Below, piece after piece: positions 47,035 through 64,000 of a stretch of DNA of 64,000 bases. Source of the stretch: Macrostomum lignano (taxonomy: Eukaryota); assembly GCA_002269645.1 (NCBI GenBank), contig NIVC01001518.1, positions 1-64,000 of the forward strand, given 5' to 3'. The notes under the pieces were generated by a model that was not told the DNA's origin, ran no database searches, and worked only from the letters and a program-made list of their open reading frames with translations. Positions within the stretch are counted from its first letter, which is position 1; each line of letters starts with the position of its first letter. A program made the translations under genes and the position numbers.

Positions 47035-49711
47035 ATGGCAACACAGATGGAGCGGAAGCTGAGAGCGGCGCTGGAGGCTGGAGACAGCGAGGAGCTGCAG
47101 CGACTGTGCGGTGAGGTCGGCAGCAACATCGAGCTGGAGGTGGGCGGGTTCGACACGCAAGACTTTCCCTTAGAAGAGCTTCGCATGCCGCTGGCCCATC
47201 ACGTGGCCTGCAAGCCGGTGAGCTCGTCGTGCCTGGAGCTGCTGATTAACAGATTCGGACTCGACTGTCTGACACATGGAAATGATAGGGGCGAGACTCC
47301 AGTGGACTTGGCTGCCCAGCATCAGGACGAATCTTGGATGGAGCTGGTTAAAGAGAAGGGAGGCAGAGGCTGCTTGAGAATTGTCGATGGATGGAGACAG
47401 TCAGTCGCTCACTTTGCCGCTATGAACAGAAAAAGCAACTCTTGTCTAAGGTGGCTGGTGAAGGAGCTCGGCAGCGACTGTCTCACAGCTCCTGACAAAC
47501 TCGGTGACATGGCCGTCCATTTTGCCGCTAAGCATCAGGGCATCGAGTCACTGGAGTGGATCAAGAGACAGATCGGAACTGACTACTTTCGGCAGAAGGG
47601 GGGTTCTGGAAGAGAACAGCATTTCACTTTGCTGCTCAGAAGTCTGACAATTCAAATCTGAAGTGGCTGGTGAGGGAGCTCGGCAGCGACTGTCTCACAG
47701 TTCCTGACAAACACGGTGACACGGCCGTCCATTTGGCCGCTCAGCATCAGGGCACCGAGTCGCTGGAGTGGATCAAGAATCAGATCGGAACTGACTGCTT
47801 TCGGCAGAAGGAAAAGCGGGAAAGAACAGCATTTCACTTTGCTGCTGAGAAGTCTGACAATTCAAATCTGAAGTGGCTGGTGAAGGAGCTCGGCAGCGAC
47901 TGTCTCACAGTTCCTGACAAATACGGAAACATGGCCGTCCATTTAGCCGCTCAACATCAACCAGTCGACTCTCTTCAGTTCATTTTTGACCAAATTGCAG
48001 CCGAAATGTTCAGCTTGAAGAACAACAGGGGCGAAACACCGACTGATGTTGTTGAGAGTAATCGGTGCCGCACAGACCAGTCAGCAAAGCGGGCCTGGAT
48101 TTCCTCCACGCAGCCGCAGCTCGAAGCCTCTAGGCCTCCCGCTGGCAGCTCAGCGCCGACTGCCGCCTCAGCTGGGTGAGTCCTGACTGAGAACTGCTGC
48201 CTCAGCTGGGTGAGTCCTGACTGAGAGCTGCTGCCTGACACTTAAAATACTGAAAATATTGTTTGGCGAAAATTCATTGCACCTTGATGATCGGCGCCCT
48301 GAAATTCTCAGCAGCGCCGCAGTCAAGCGAGGGCGTCATGAATCTGTCACTGCAGCTCCTCATGGGACCCCGAACCCCCACCCAAAGCTCAATCTGCAGG
48401 AATTTTTTAGCACAAAGCATCAGCGAGTTTAAGTGCCATCAAACTCTCCGAAGTTTCAAACTCTCCGATTTTAGTAGAAATGTACTTAATGTGACGTTCC
48501 AAATATTGTCACTTAAATGACTTCAGAGCCTCCAATCTCTTCGTGGGACCGCAATCTCCCGATTGCGTCTCTAATGTCCATATAGCGCCACCCAAAGCTC
48601 AATCTGCAGTGGCTTCTTATTTACCACAGGGTGTGTACATGTACAAGATTTACTTCGACAAGCCTCTTGTACTGGCGTGAGTTCATTCAGCTCACACTGC
48701 TAAAGCACACAGCTACAGCACACACAGCTAGAGCATGCAAATCATCCCTAATTGCCTCAATTCGCATCCCATCAGACCCGAAGGCCCCCCGCTCCTGGAG
48801 CGCTGGGACGCCGTTCGTCTCATCGGCCGCGGAGCCTTCGGCGAAGTCCACGAAGTTCGAACTGACACGGGCGTCACGTGTGCTGCCAAGACTCTCAGAC
48901 TGCCTGTGCAGCTCGGTGATGAGCTGCCCTCTGTGAGCACAGAGATCCACAGAGCTATCGAGAGCGAGAGAAACCTGTGCCGACTGCGGCATCCCAACGT
49001 CGTCAGGTTCTTGCACATCGCTCAGCCGGAGCCCGCCACAGTCGTTGTATTCATGGAGCTGCTGGACGGCCGAAGCTTGGAGAGGTTTATCGACAACAAG
49101 CCGCTGGACGAGCTGACGATTCGAGACTTCAGCGAGCAGGTGAGCATTGTGCATCCTTGATGCTCCTGTTCCATGTTCCCATGAATGATGACTGCTCACT
49201 GACCGACCGCTCGCAGATCTGCCGCGCGCTGCTCTACCTGCACAGCCGGCAGCCGCCCGTGATCCACAGAGACATCAACTGCTCGAACATAATTGTTTGT
49301 GCTGACAACACGCGAATCAAGCTGATCGACTTCGGCCTGTCAATCAAGCTGGAGCAGTCAGTCAGCCACATGTCAGCCTCCACTCAGGCACCCAAAGGCA
49401 CTCTGAACTTCATGGCGCCGGAGCTGCTCGGAGCGGGAGAGTCGGACAGCGTGCAGTACAGCAGAGAGTCGGACATCTGGGCGTTCGGCTGCTCGGTCTT
49501 CCAGATGGCCTCCGGCGCGAGGCCGTTCGCAAACGCCAAAAGCATGTTAGGAATGGCCAAGCTGATCGACAGGAAGGGCGCCCCCGCCCTGCCGGACGGC
49601 CGGTCCGCAGAGCTTCAGGATTTCTACAGCCGCTGCACCGCCATGGATCGCAGGCGGAGAAAAGCCGCACAGGAGCTGCTTGAGCAAGAGTTCTTGAGGA
49701 AAAACCTCTGA
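47035..49711 (+). CDS. Gene C: ankyrin repeats - STE11/MAP3K-like kinase; exons 47035-48175 (apparent frameshift in the G-run at 47598-47603), 48776-49139, 49217-49711
   Basis: GCCATGG start. ANK units 'GETPVDLAAQH', 'GDMAVHFAAKH', 'GDTAVHLAAQH'. GG|GTGAGT (ph2) joins CATCAG|A (ph2). Kinase 'GRGAFGEVH..CAAK..ESERN', 'HRDINCSN', 'KLIDFG', 'GTLNFMAPE'; the kinase intron is at the same position as in gene B. Confidence 0.82.
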
Positions 49712-50227
49712 CTCTCAGTGCTAACCCGAGTTGCTTCTAACACTGCAGGGAGATTTTGGAACTTTTATGTTAGGCGTAAATCGAACGAGAACAAAATTTA
49801 TTTTTCTAAGATTCGCCTACACTAATATCTTTTAAACTTTTCTTTATTTCATCTCCATAGTGCTTTTATTGCTATGAAAGCATGTTCCATTTTTAGAGTG
49901 TAGCTGGCCATTCGAGAAGTTGGGAAACTGAAAATTTCTTGAGTAGATAGCGAGAAGACAAAAAAGGAGGGCACCATCCAGCATCCAGCACCCACACAGC
50001 ACCAACGCAACCGAAATCATTTCCATTCTTCATCACAGCTTATGATCTCAATTCTCCATCAGATGCATCGAATTTGTCATATCGTTAATTTATCAAAGCT
50101 ACTCCATCCTGAACGTGAGCTGCTACTTTAACTGCACGGATTTTAAGCCACATGAGCATTAATTGTGCTCAATCCGGTTTGCTAGCATAGGCACATGCAG
50201 GGCTTCTAATGGAGCTCTGATTTTTCT

Positions 50228-50700
50228 CCTTTGGATTTGATGGAGAATAGAGAAGCTGAGCTGGGATCTGATGGAGAATAGAGAAGCTGAGCTGGGATCT
50301 GATGGAGAATAGAGAAGCTGAGCTGGGATCTGATGGAGAATAGAGAAGCTGAGCTGGGATCTGATGGAGAATAGAGAAGCTGAGCTGGGATCTGATGGAG
50401 AATAGAGAAGCTGAGCTGGGATCTGATGGAGAATAGAGAAGCTGAGCTGGGATCTGATGGAGAATAGAGAAGCTGAGCTGGGATCTGATGGAGAATAGAG
50501 AAGCTGAGCTGGGATCTGATGGAGAATAGAGAAGCTGAGCTGGGATCTGATGGAGAATAGAGAAGCTGAGCTGGGATCTGATGGAGAATAGAGAAGCTGA
50601 GCTGGGATCTGATGGAGAATAGAGAAGCTGAGCTGGGATCTGATGGAGAATAGAGAAGCTGAGCTGGGATCTGATGGAGAATAGAGAAGCTGAGCTGAGT
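50228..50700. repeat. 31-bp minisatellite (TGATGGAGAATAGAGAAGCTGAGCTGGGATC), highly homogeneous
   Basis: Direct. Confidence 0.95.
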
Positions 50701-50714
50701 TGAAAAATCTCAGC

Positions 50715-51806
50715 TGTGAAATGCTGAAGTGCCGGTCACCGAATGCAAAATGCAATAAAAAGGCAGGCAGCCGCAGTGCACAGATAAACTGTGTGGAATC
50801 CAAAATCAGCCCATATGTGAGTCCCGCACTGTCCTGGGCAGGCACCGAGCTGATGGCTAATGGAATCTGAGCTGGAAAATGGTCTAAATATAGAGATGGT
50901 TGAGAGGCCGGGGTATGGGTGAGAGGTCCCTTTCACACACCCCCTCTCACCCATCCACTCTCACCCATCCCCTCTCACCCATCCCCTCTCACCCATCCCC
51001 TCACCCATCCCCTCTTACCCATCCCCTCTCACCCATCACCTCTTACCCTTCACCTCTTGCCCATCACCTCTCACCCATCCCCTCTCACCCATCACCCCTC
51101 ACCCATCCCCTCTCACCCATCACCCCTCACCCATCCCCTCTCACCCATCACCTCTTACCCTTCACTTCTTACCCATCACCTTTTACCCATCACCTCTTAT
51201 CCATCACCACTTACCCATCACCTCTTACCCATCACCCCTCACCCATCCCCTCTCACCCATCACCTCTTACCCTTCACTTCTTACCCATCACCTCTCACCC
51301 ATCACCCCTCACCCATCCCCTCTCACCCATCACCTCTTACCCTTCACTTCTTACCCATCACCTCTTACCCATCACCTCTCACCCATCCCCTCTCACCCAT
51401 CACCTCTTACCCTTCACTTCTTACCCATCACCTCTCACCCATCACCCCTCACCCATCCCCTCTCACCCATCACCTCTTACCCTTCACTTCTTACCCATCA
51501 CCTCTTACCCTTCACTTCTTACCCATCACCTCTTACCCATCACCTCTTACCCATCACCTCTCACCCATCCCCTCTCACCCATCACCCCTCACCCATCCCC
51601 TCTCACCCATCACCTCTTACCCTTCACTTCTTACCCATCACCTCTTATCCATCCCCTCTCATCAGCCATCAGCTCGGTGTCTGCCCAGGACAGTGCGGGA
51701 CTCACATATGGGCTGATTTTGGATTCCACACAGTTTGTCTGTGCACTGCGGCTGCCTGCCTTTTTATTGCATTTTGCATTCGGTGACCGGCACTTCAGCA
51801 TTTCAC
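50715..51806. repeat. ~145-bp inverted repeat (50715-50858 / 51664-51806) enclosing a pyrimidine-rich CTCACCCATC-type minisatellite (50940-51660)
   Basis: TGAAATGCTGAAGTGCCGGTCACCGAATGC...CCGAGCTGATGGCT is reverse-complemented at 51664-51806 with few mismatches. Confidence 0.88.
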
Positions 51807-51935
51807 TGAAATCCTGTCGATCAGCTTGGCCATTCCTAACATGCTTTTGGCGTTTGCGAACGGCCTAACGCCCGAGGCCATCTGAAAGACCGAGCAGCCG
51901 AACGCCCAGATGGCCGACTCAGCCATAGTCTACGA
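51800..51935 (-). pseudogene. Inverted fragment of the gene C kinase C-lobe ('ESAIWAFGCSVFQMASGVRPFANAKSMLGMAKLIDR', then stop)
   Basis: Near-identical reverse complement of about 49465-49572. Confidence 0.8.
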
Positions 51936-52559
51936 GCGTATTTGTACTGCATTGTTGCAAGTAATGAACTGGATTAGTTGCATTTTAAAAATAGCGCTCG
52001 GCAAATGCACACACGAATGCCAGTAGTTTCTTTCTTCTGTTTAGCAGAGCAGAAGCAGAAGCAGAGCAGTTAGAGCATCTGAAAACTCGCAGGCAGCGAA
52101 TTTTACAGTCATTGAGCACAGGCGCAATGCAAAGCAGTGAATGGTTTGAGCGGGGCAGGGTTAGCGCTCAAGCAGTCTGTTTCTGTGCCGTCAACCCCCC
52201 AGCCCAAAGAATTTGCTGCGAGTCCACTTTTGAGCGCCTCAGAGGAAGGAGAGACAGGAGGAAATGCAGAGGCCGCACGCAGCAGCTCAGCTGCACACAG
52301 ATGTGCCTCATCAGCTCTGCCCCATTGTCTAAAACCCCTGCACAAATCTCACCAGCTGTGCACCTGGCTCTCCTTGCCGAATGAGTTCAGCATCTCTGCT
52401 GCATCAGTTTGAGCTCTGACAGATGAAGAGCGAATGGAGGCTGCGGGCAGAGAGTGGCTGCAGATTTGCTGACGAAACTGCTGAGAGACTGTTGCTAATT
52501 AAGGAAACAGGTGGGGCGAGCGGAGCGCAGAGAACCTCGAAATAAGCGGCTAGAGAGAT

Positions 52560-52685
52560 AGGGAGAGAGATGGGGGAGAGGGAGATGGGGGAGAGGGAGA
52601 TGGGGGAGAGGGAGATGGGGGAGAGGGAGATGGGTGAGAGGGAGATGGGGGAGAGGGAGATGGGGGAGAGGGAGATGGGTGAGAA
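52560..52685. repeat. 16-bp purine-rich repeat (GGGAGATGGGGGAGAG)
   Basis: Direct. Confidence 0.88.
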
Positions 52686-52724
52686 GCAGAATACACACAA
52701 ACACAAGGTTTTGTTGATCTGATT

Positions 52725-52960
52725 GCCCTTTTTGTTTATCTGATTGCCCTTTTTGTTTATCCGATTGCCCTTTTTGTTTATCCGATTGCCCTTTTTGTTT
52801 CTCCGATTGACTTCTTTGTTTATCCGATTGACTTCTTTGTTTATCCGATTGACTTCTTTGTTTATCTGATTGCCCTTTCTGTTTATCTAACTGCCCTTTT
52901 TGTTTATCTGATTGCCATGTTCGTTTGACTGATGGCGCATTTTGTTTATCTGATTGATCG
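52725..52960. repeat. ~21-bp tandem repeat (TGTTTATCTGATTGCCCTTTT)
   Basis: Direct. Confidence 0.85.
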
Positions 52961-53334
52961 ACTCACTCGGACCATTTTGTGTTCTATTTGAGCAAGACAC
53001 GTAACTCGGCATTGCTTCAGTTCACCCAGCGCTGTAAAATGGGTGCCAGCATTTGCGCGGGTAATTGAGGCTGTCTGTGGCGACCTCCCTGCAGTCCTTG
53101 CATTGAACAGCCGTACGCAGCCTCAGATGCGCCGTGCAATAGCTGGTGTAATCAACTATTATTTTATTATTGTACAGCATAAATTTATATGGCCTTGAGC
53201 ATCACGTTTGTTACAAACTACCAACCGAAGTACAAAGTGTTGCAGAAGATGTTGTAGAAGTAAAAAAACATTAAAATAGCTTCTCAATTTATCGATTCAC
53301 AGCTAAAAATAGCTACGAAAAATAGCTACGAAAA

Positions 53335-54180
53335 TTTTGCTTGCCGAGCTTTGCTTGCGGAATTTTGCTTGCCGAACTTTGCTTGCAGGAAATTTGCTTG
53401 CAGGAACTTTGCCTGCCGAAGTTTGCTTGCAGGAAATTTGCTTGCAGGAACTTTGCCTGCCGAACTTTGCTTGCAGGAAATTTGCTTGCAGGAACTTTGC
53501 CTGCCGAAGTTTGCTTGCCGAGTTTTGCTTGCGAAATTTTTATGTCTGCTTTCTAGAAATTTGCAATCACACAATCGCAAGGTTTTTTTTAACTTGCAGA
53601 ATTATTTTCTTGTTTGCTTGCTTGTTTTGATTGCTTGTAAAGTTGGTCAGTCAATTATTATGTACTATACAAATGCTTTGCAAGTGGATTCTTATCAGGG
53701 TCGACGTAAACTGACTTGACACTGAGCTTTCAAACTAGGCTTATAGAGTTTCATTCTAAGAATGTAGTATATAGAATGCTTAGAGATTTAGTATAGGTAG
53801 ATAGGGATCGGTGACAGTATAAATCTTTGTAGTTCCTGATTTCAGCACGATTGAGCAGGTATGATAATTGTAGTGATGCTAATGTATAATAATGCATATA
53901 CTAATAATGTATATAGTATAATGTATATATTAGTATATAAAATGTAATTAATAATCCGCCATATCCTCATACAAAATCATAACACTATAGGCGACTTCCA
54001 CCAATCTTAGAAAATGAAAATTAGAAATACAAGAGCTCAAAAATAGGTTCTTTAAGGTTCCTTTAGTTCGGCAAGCAAAGTTCCTGCAAGCAAAACTCGG
54101 CAAACTTCGGCAGGCAAATTTCCTGCAAGCTAAATTCGGTAAGCAAAGTTCGGCAAGCAAAACTCGGCAAGCAAATTTCA
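53335..54180. repeat. Inverted pair of TTTGCTTGC/GCAAGCAAA repeat arrays (53335-53545, 54065-54180), likely arms or copies of a non-autonomous element
   Basis: The arrays are reverse complements at motif level. Confidence 0.65.
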
Positions 54181-54184
54181 TATA

Positions 54185-54395
54185 CCCCGCTACTGGCTCC
54201 CAGCTCGCAGCTCAGGCAGAGCAGAAGGCAGTCAAAGTTCATGTAGCAGTACGCGTCATAGTTCTCCATTCGCAGGGGAAACGAGGTGGCCAGATGATCA
54301 GGTATGAGGCTCGTGAGCTGATCGAGCACAGTCTGGTAACTCTCCAATCTGCTTCATCAGGGAGGCTTCGAATTCCCGTTGTAGAGATCTCCAGA
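54185..54395 (-). pseudogene. Fragment of a further cGLR-family C-terminal region
   Basis: 'EASLMKQIGELPDCARSA' resembles gene D 'KASLESINRIPDFAKTT'. In another frame, 'LIPDHLATSFP..YMNFDCLLLCLSCELG' resembles gene D 'FLPDLLE..HFP..FFNFSALIRCLSLELG'. Confidence 0.5.
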
Positions 54396-55044
54396 TAAGA
54401 TACAAAGTAGACTACTATGAGTAGCAACATAAAGATGCGAAAAACCTGAACGCTAAAAACTGCAAATTGTCACACTCTATTTTTAAAGACCACGAAAGCA
54501 ACAAGTGACCATCTTTTGCAACATTTAAAATTAGAACTCTGAATATGGTATTCGATGCTCAAACCTAATGTATTCCATAGGGGTCAAATTTCCAAAACGC
54601 TAAACTGTAACCTACTAAAAATAAGCTGTTGTTCAAGAATTTTTTCCTATAAATACAAGCCAAAATCCGAGCTAAAAATCTCAGACTCGGGGCAGCCTCT
54701 AAAGATCTTGGAGCTTGCTGGAACTGCTAAGCGAGGCTACATCTCTGAGAGAGAAGTAAACCAATTGGTGAGCCGTTGCTCGAGCCTTTGTTATTGATTT
54801 TGAGAGCGATTTTATTGCCGGCCGTTATTGATCAGTTGATTAACTGAGTTCATTGAATTTGAGGCCTCCCATTTTCCTAAGGGATTGGATAGGATCTGCG
54901 GACCGATTCCGATACCCTTAGAGGATTATCGATTGATTGATTTTGGTTATCCTATAGATTAACCGATAGGAGCACACGACTCCGATTCCGTTATTTCTAG
55001 AAAAAGACGAGAGACGAGACGAGAGAGACGAGACGAGACGAGAC

Positions 55045-56520
55045 GAGATGGGAGAGAGGGAGGGAAAGAATGGAAAAGATGGGAGAGAGGGAGGGAAAGA
55101 ATGGGGAAGATGGGAGAGAGGGAGGGAAAGAATGGGGAAGATGGGAGAGAGGGAGGGAAAGAATGGGGAAGATGGGAGAGAGGGAGGGAAAGAATGGGGA
55201 AGATGGGAGAGAGGGAGGGAAAGAATGGGGAAGATGGGAGAGAGGGAGGGAAAGAATGGAAAAGATGGGAGAGAGAGAGGGAAAGAATGGGGAAGATGGG
55301 AAAGAGGGAGGGAAAGAATGGGGAAGATGGGAGAGAGGGAGGGAAAGAATGGGGAAGATGGGAGAGAGGGAGGGAAAGAATGGGGAAGATGGGAGAGAGG
55401 GAGGGAAAAAATGGGGAAGATGGGAGAGAGGGAGGGAAAGAATGGGGAAGATGGGAGAGAGGGAGGGAAAGAATGGGGAAGATGGGAGAGAGGGAGGGAA
55501 AGAATGGGGAAGATGGGAGAGAGGGAGGGAAAGAATGTGGAAGATGGGAGAGAGGGAGGGAAAGAATGGGGAAGATGGGAGAGAGGGAGGGAAAGAATGT
55601 GGAAGATGGGAGAGAGGGAGGGAAAGAATGGGGAAGATGGGAGAGAGGGAGGGAAAGAATGGGGAAGATGGGAGAGAGGGAGGGAAAGAATGTGGAAGAT
55701 GGGAGAGAGGGAGGGAAAGAATGTGGAAGATGGGAGAGAGGGAGGGAAAGAATGTGGAAGATGGGAGAGAGGGAGGGAAAGAATGGGGAAGATGGGAGAG
55801 AGGGAGGGAAAGAATGGGGAAGATGGGAGAGAGGGAGGGAAAGAATGTGGAAGATGGGAGAGAGGGAGGGAAAGAATGTGGAAGATGGGAGAGAGGGAGT
55901 GAAAGAATGGGGAAGATGGGAGAGAGGGAGGGAAAGAATGGGGAAGATGGGAGAGAGGGAGGGAAAGAATGTGGAAGATGGGAGAGAGGGAGGGAAAGAA
56001 TGTGGAAGATGGGAGAGAGGGAGGGAAAGAATGTGGAAGATGGGAGAGAGGGAGGGAAAGAATGGGGAAGATGGGAGAGAGGGAGGGAAAGAATGGGGAA
56101 GATGGGAGAGAGGGAGGGAAAGAATGTGGAAGATGGGAGAGAGGGAGGGAAAGAATGTGGAAGATGGGAGAGAGGGAGTGAAAGAATGGGGAAGATGGGA
56201 GAGAGGGAGGGAAAGAATGGGGAAGATGGGAGAGAGGGAGGGAAAGAATGTGGAAGATGGGAGAGAGGGAGGGAAAGAATGTGGAAGATGGGAGAGAGGG
56301 AGGGAAAGAATGGGGAAGATGGGAGAGAGGGAGGGAAAGAATGGGGAAGATGGGAGAGAGGGAGGGAAAGAATGGGGAAGATGGGAGAGAGGGAGGGAAA
56401 GAATGGGGAAGATGGGAGAGAGGGAGGGAAAGAATGGAAAAGATGGGAGAGAGGGAGGGAAAGAATGGGAAAGATGGGAGAGAGGGAGGGAAAGAATGGG
56501 GAAGATGGAGCTCTGAAGGA
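55045..56520. repeat. ~1.5-kb 31-bp polypurine minisatellite (GAGAGGGAGGGAAAGAATGGGGAAGATGGGA), preceded by (GACGA)n
   Basis: Direct; explains ORFs 54959-56578. Confidence 0.97.
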
Positions 56521-56979
56521 AAGAATGGGGGAAGATGGGACTCATAAGTCGCATATAAATTTATATCTAGATATTTGAGCGTATGTCTGGTGTTTTTTGT
56601 AGAAAATTTTCCGTTAAAAGATGTTTATTGCATAGTTAATTGAAATATTGGTTTTCATTGTTTCTGCAGAACTGTATACAGCAGTCCGATGTCGATGAGA
56701 AGTATGTACTTTTACATTACATCGAAAAAAAGAGACAAAAATAGACCTTCTTTTCTTTCCATGTTGCGTAGACAGCGAGAGCCCGATCTCTATCGAAGGC
56801 ACAAGAAGAAGGTTTAATGCAAAAATACAGGAATTGTTTATTCGTATTTAGTTTTAATTGTTCAATTGAGTAGCTTAGCTGCTGCAGTCTCGAGTGTCAG
56901 CTCAGCACAGCGGGTCAGAAGTTCTGTCTGAAAATGATTGATATCAAAGTCTTTAGTTGTAAACCCAAGAGATTGACTC

Positions 56980-63091
<6,112 letters not shown>

Positions 63092-64000
63092 GAGACTGCA
63101 AAACAGTTTTTTTATGTTGCGATAAATGCTTTTTTATTTTATCAGAATAGTTATCAATGATATTTTAATGGTTCCTAATTTTAACACGATTTACAGAAAA
63201 GTTAATTCACATCATATCTATTTTTGAGCCAAAATAAGTCAAACTCATTATAATGAAATGAATCATTTTAATGTGTGTAACAAACACACTAAGATTGCAG
63301 CTAAAGAAATGTTACGTAAAGATTTTATAATATTTTTTTATTTTAATTAAATGGTTACTTAAAGATTTACAAGCTTGAAATAATATCATATTCAGTTTGA
63401 CTGTAGTTACGATACTCCTCTGTAATCGACAAATTAGGCCAAAGAAGACTACTTTGACTAGATTGCATTGAATAGAGAAATCTATCTAACCAAATCTGCA
63501 GATTGTGCGCAGATCCAGAGAATAAAATTGAAGGCGGGCAACTTATACTATGTATCATGGTGCTAAAATTTTCGAGACAAAGCAGGCATTATCAAATTTG
63601 TTTCGTCCCAGCTGGGAAAAGAGAATTGAAGCTGGGGCTGGCCACCTTACCCCTCACCGGCCTGGACCCGCCACTACCGCGGATATCAGTCTGTCAGTGA
63701 CCAGTGTGCTAATAAGATCGCCGCGTACATATATATAACTAAAATATATTATTACGGCTCACAAAGTACATGTATACGTTTTAAAATATCATTGCGCTAT
63801 ACAATATCACATTTTTAGTGGTTTAACATATAATAAAGTTTGATGAAATTGAAATATTTAAATATATTTGGTCGGAAATTTTAGTTCCTTATTCCTTTAA
63901 AAAATCAAAACGATCGACCTTGAAAGCAAAAGCAGCAAGAACACATGCTCGAAGTTAGTGCAAAAAGCAGCCATTTTCCTAATTGTTCTATTTACACCAA

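Noticed and set aside
50159-51868. 228-322-aa repetitive ORFs
   Set aside because: Minisatellite-derived; only the last residues overlap the real inverted kinase fragment, and in the antisense direction.
52109-52420. 'TALHCAC' ankyrin-like snippet
   Set aside because: A single motif with no repeat periodicity or splice support.
54959-56578. ORFs of 470-530 aa on both strands
   Set aside because: A stop-free 31-bp purine repeat; no coding signature.

Overview
Repeat-rich animal genomic DNA with GT-AG introns, GC-rich exons, and many minisatellites and transposon relics. The style suggests an invertebrate such as the flatworm Macrostomum, but I cannot verify that from the sequence. The left end holds the first two coding exons of a GRAF/oligophrenin-like BAR-PH gene (minus strand), then CpG-poor DNA and a pile of Tc1, Harbinger-like, Gypsy, Crypton and foldback relics. 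From about 17.8 kb to 63 kb lies a cluster of modular, immune-like genes, reconstructed here by hand from splice sites. Gene A: 33-aa helical repeats + ankyrin (ANK) + Mab-21/cGAS-like nucleotidyltransferase (cGLR), with all three catalytic Asp intact. Gene B: a close paralog with a different N-terminal repeat array, two of three catalytic Asp substituted, and an in-frame C-terminal MAP3K-like kinase. Gene C: ANK + the same kinase type, no NTase. Gene D (minus strand): a divergent ANK + cGLR with the same intron phases. A secreted fibrinogen-related gene and kinase and cGLR fragments are also present. The main candidate system is this mix-and-match sensor-ANK / cGLR / kinase array, especially the apparently dead cGLR fused to a kinase. 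Several single frameshifts fall in short G/C runs and may be assembly errors. All gene models and functions are unverified inferences.
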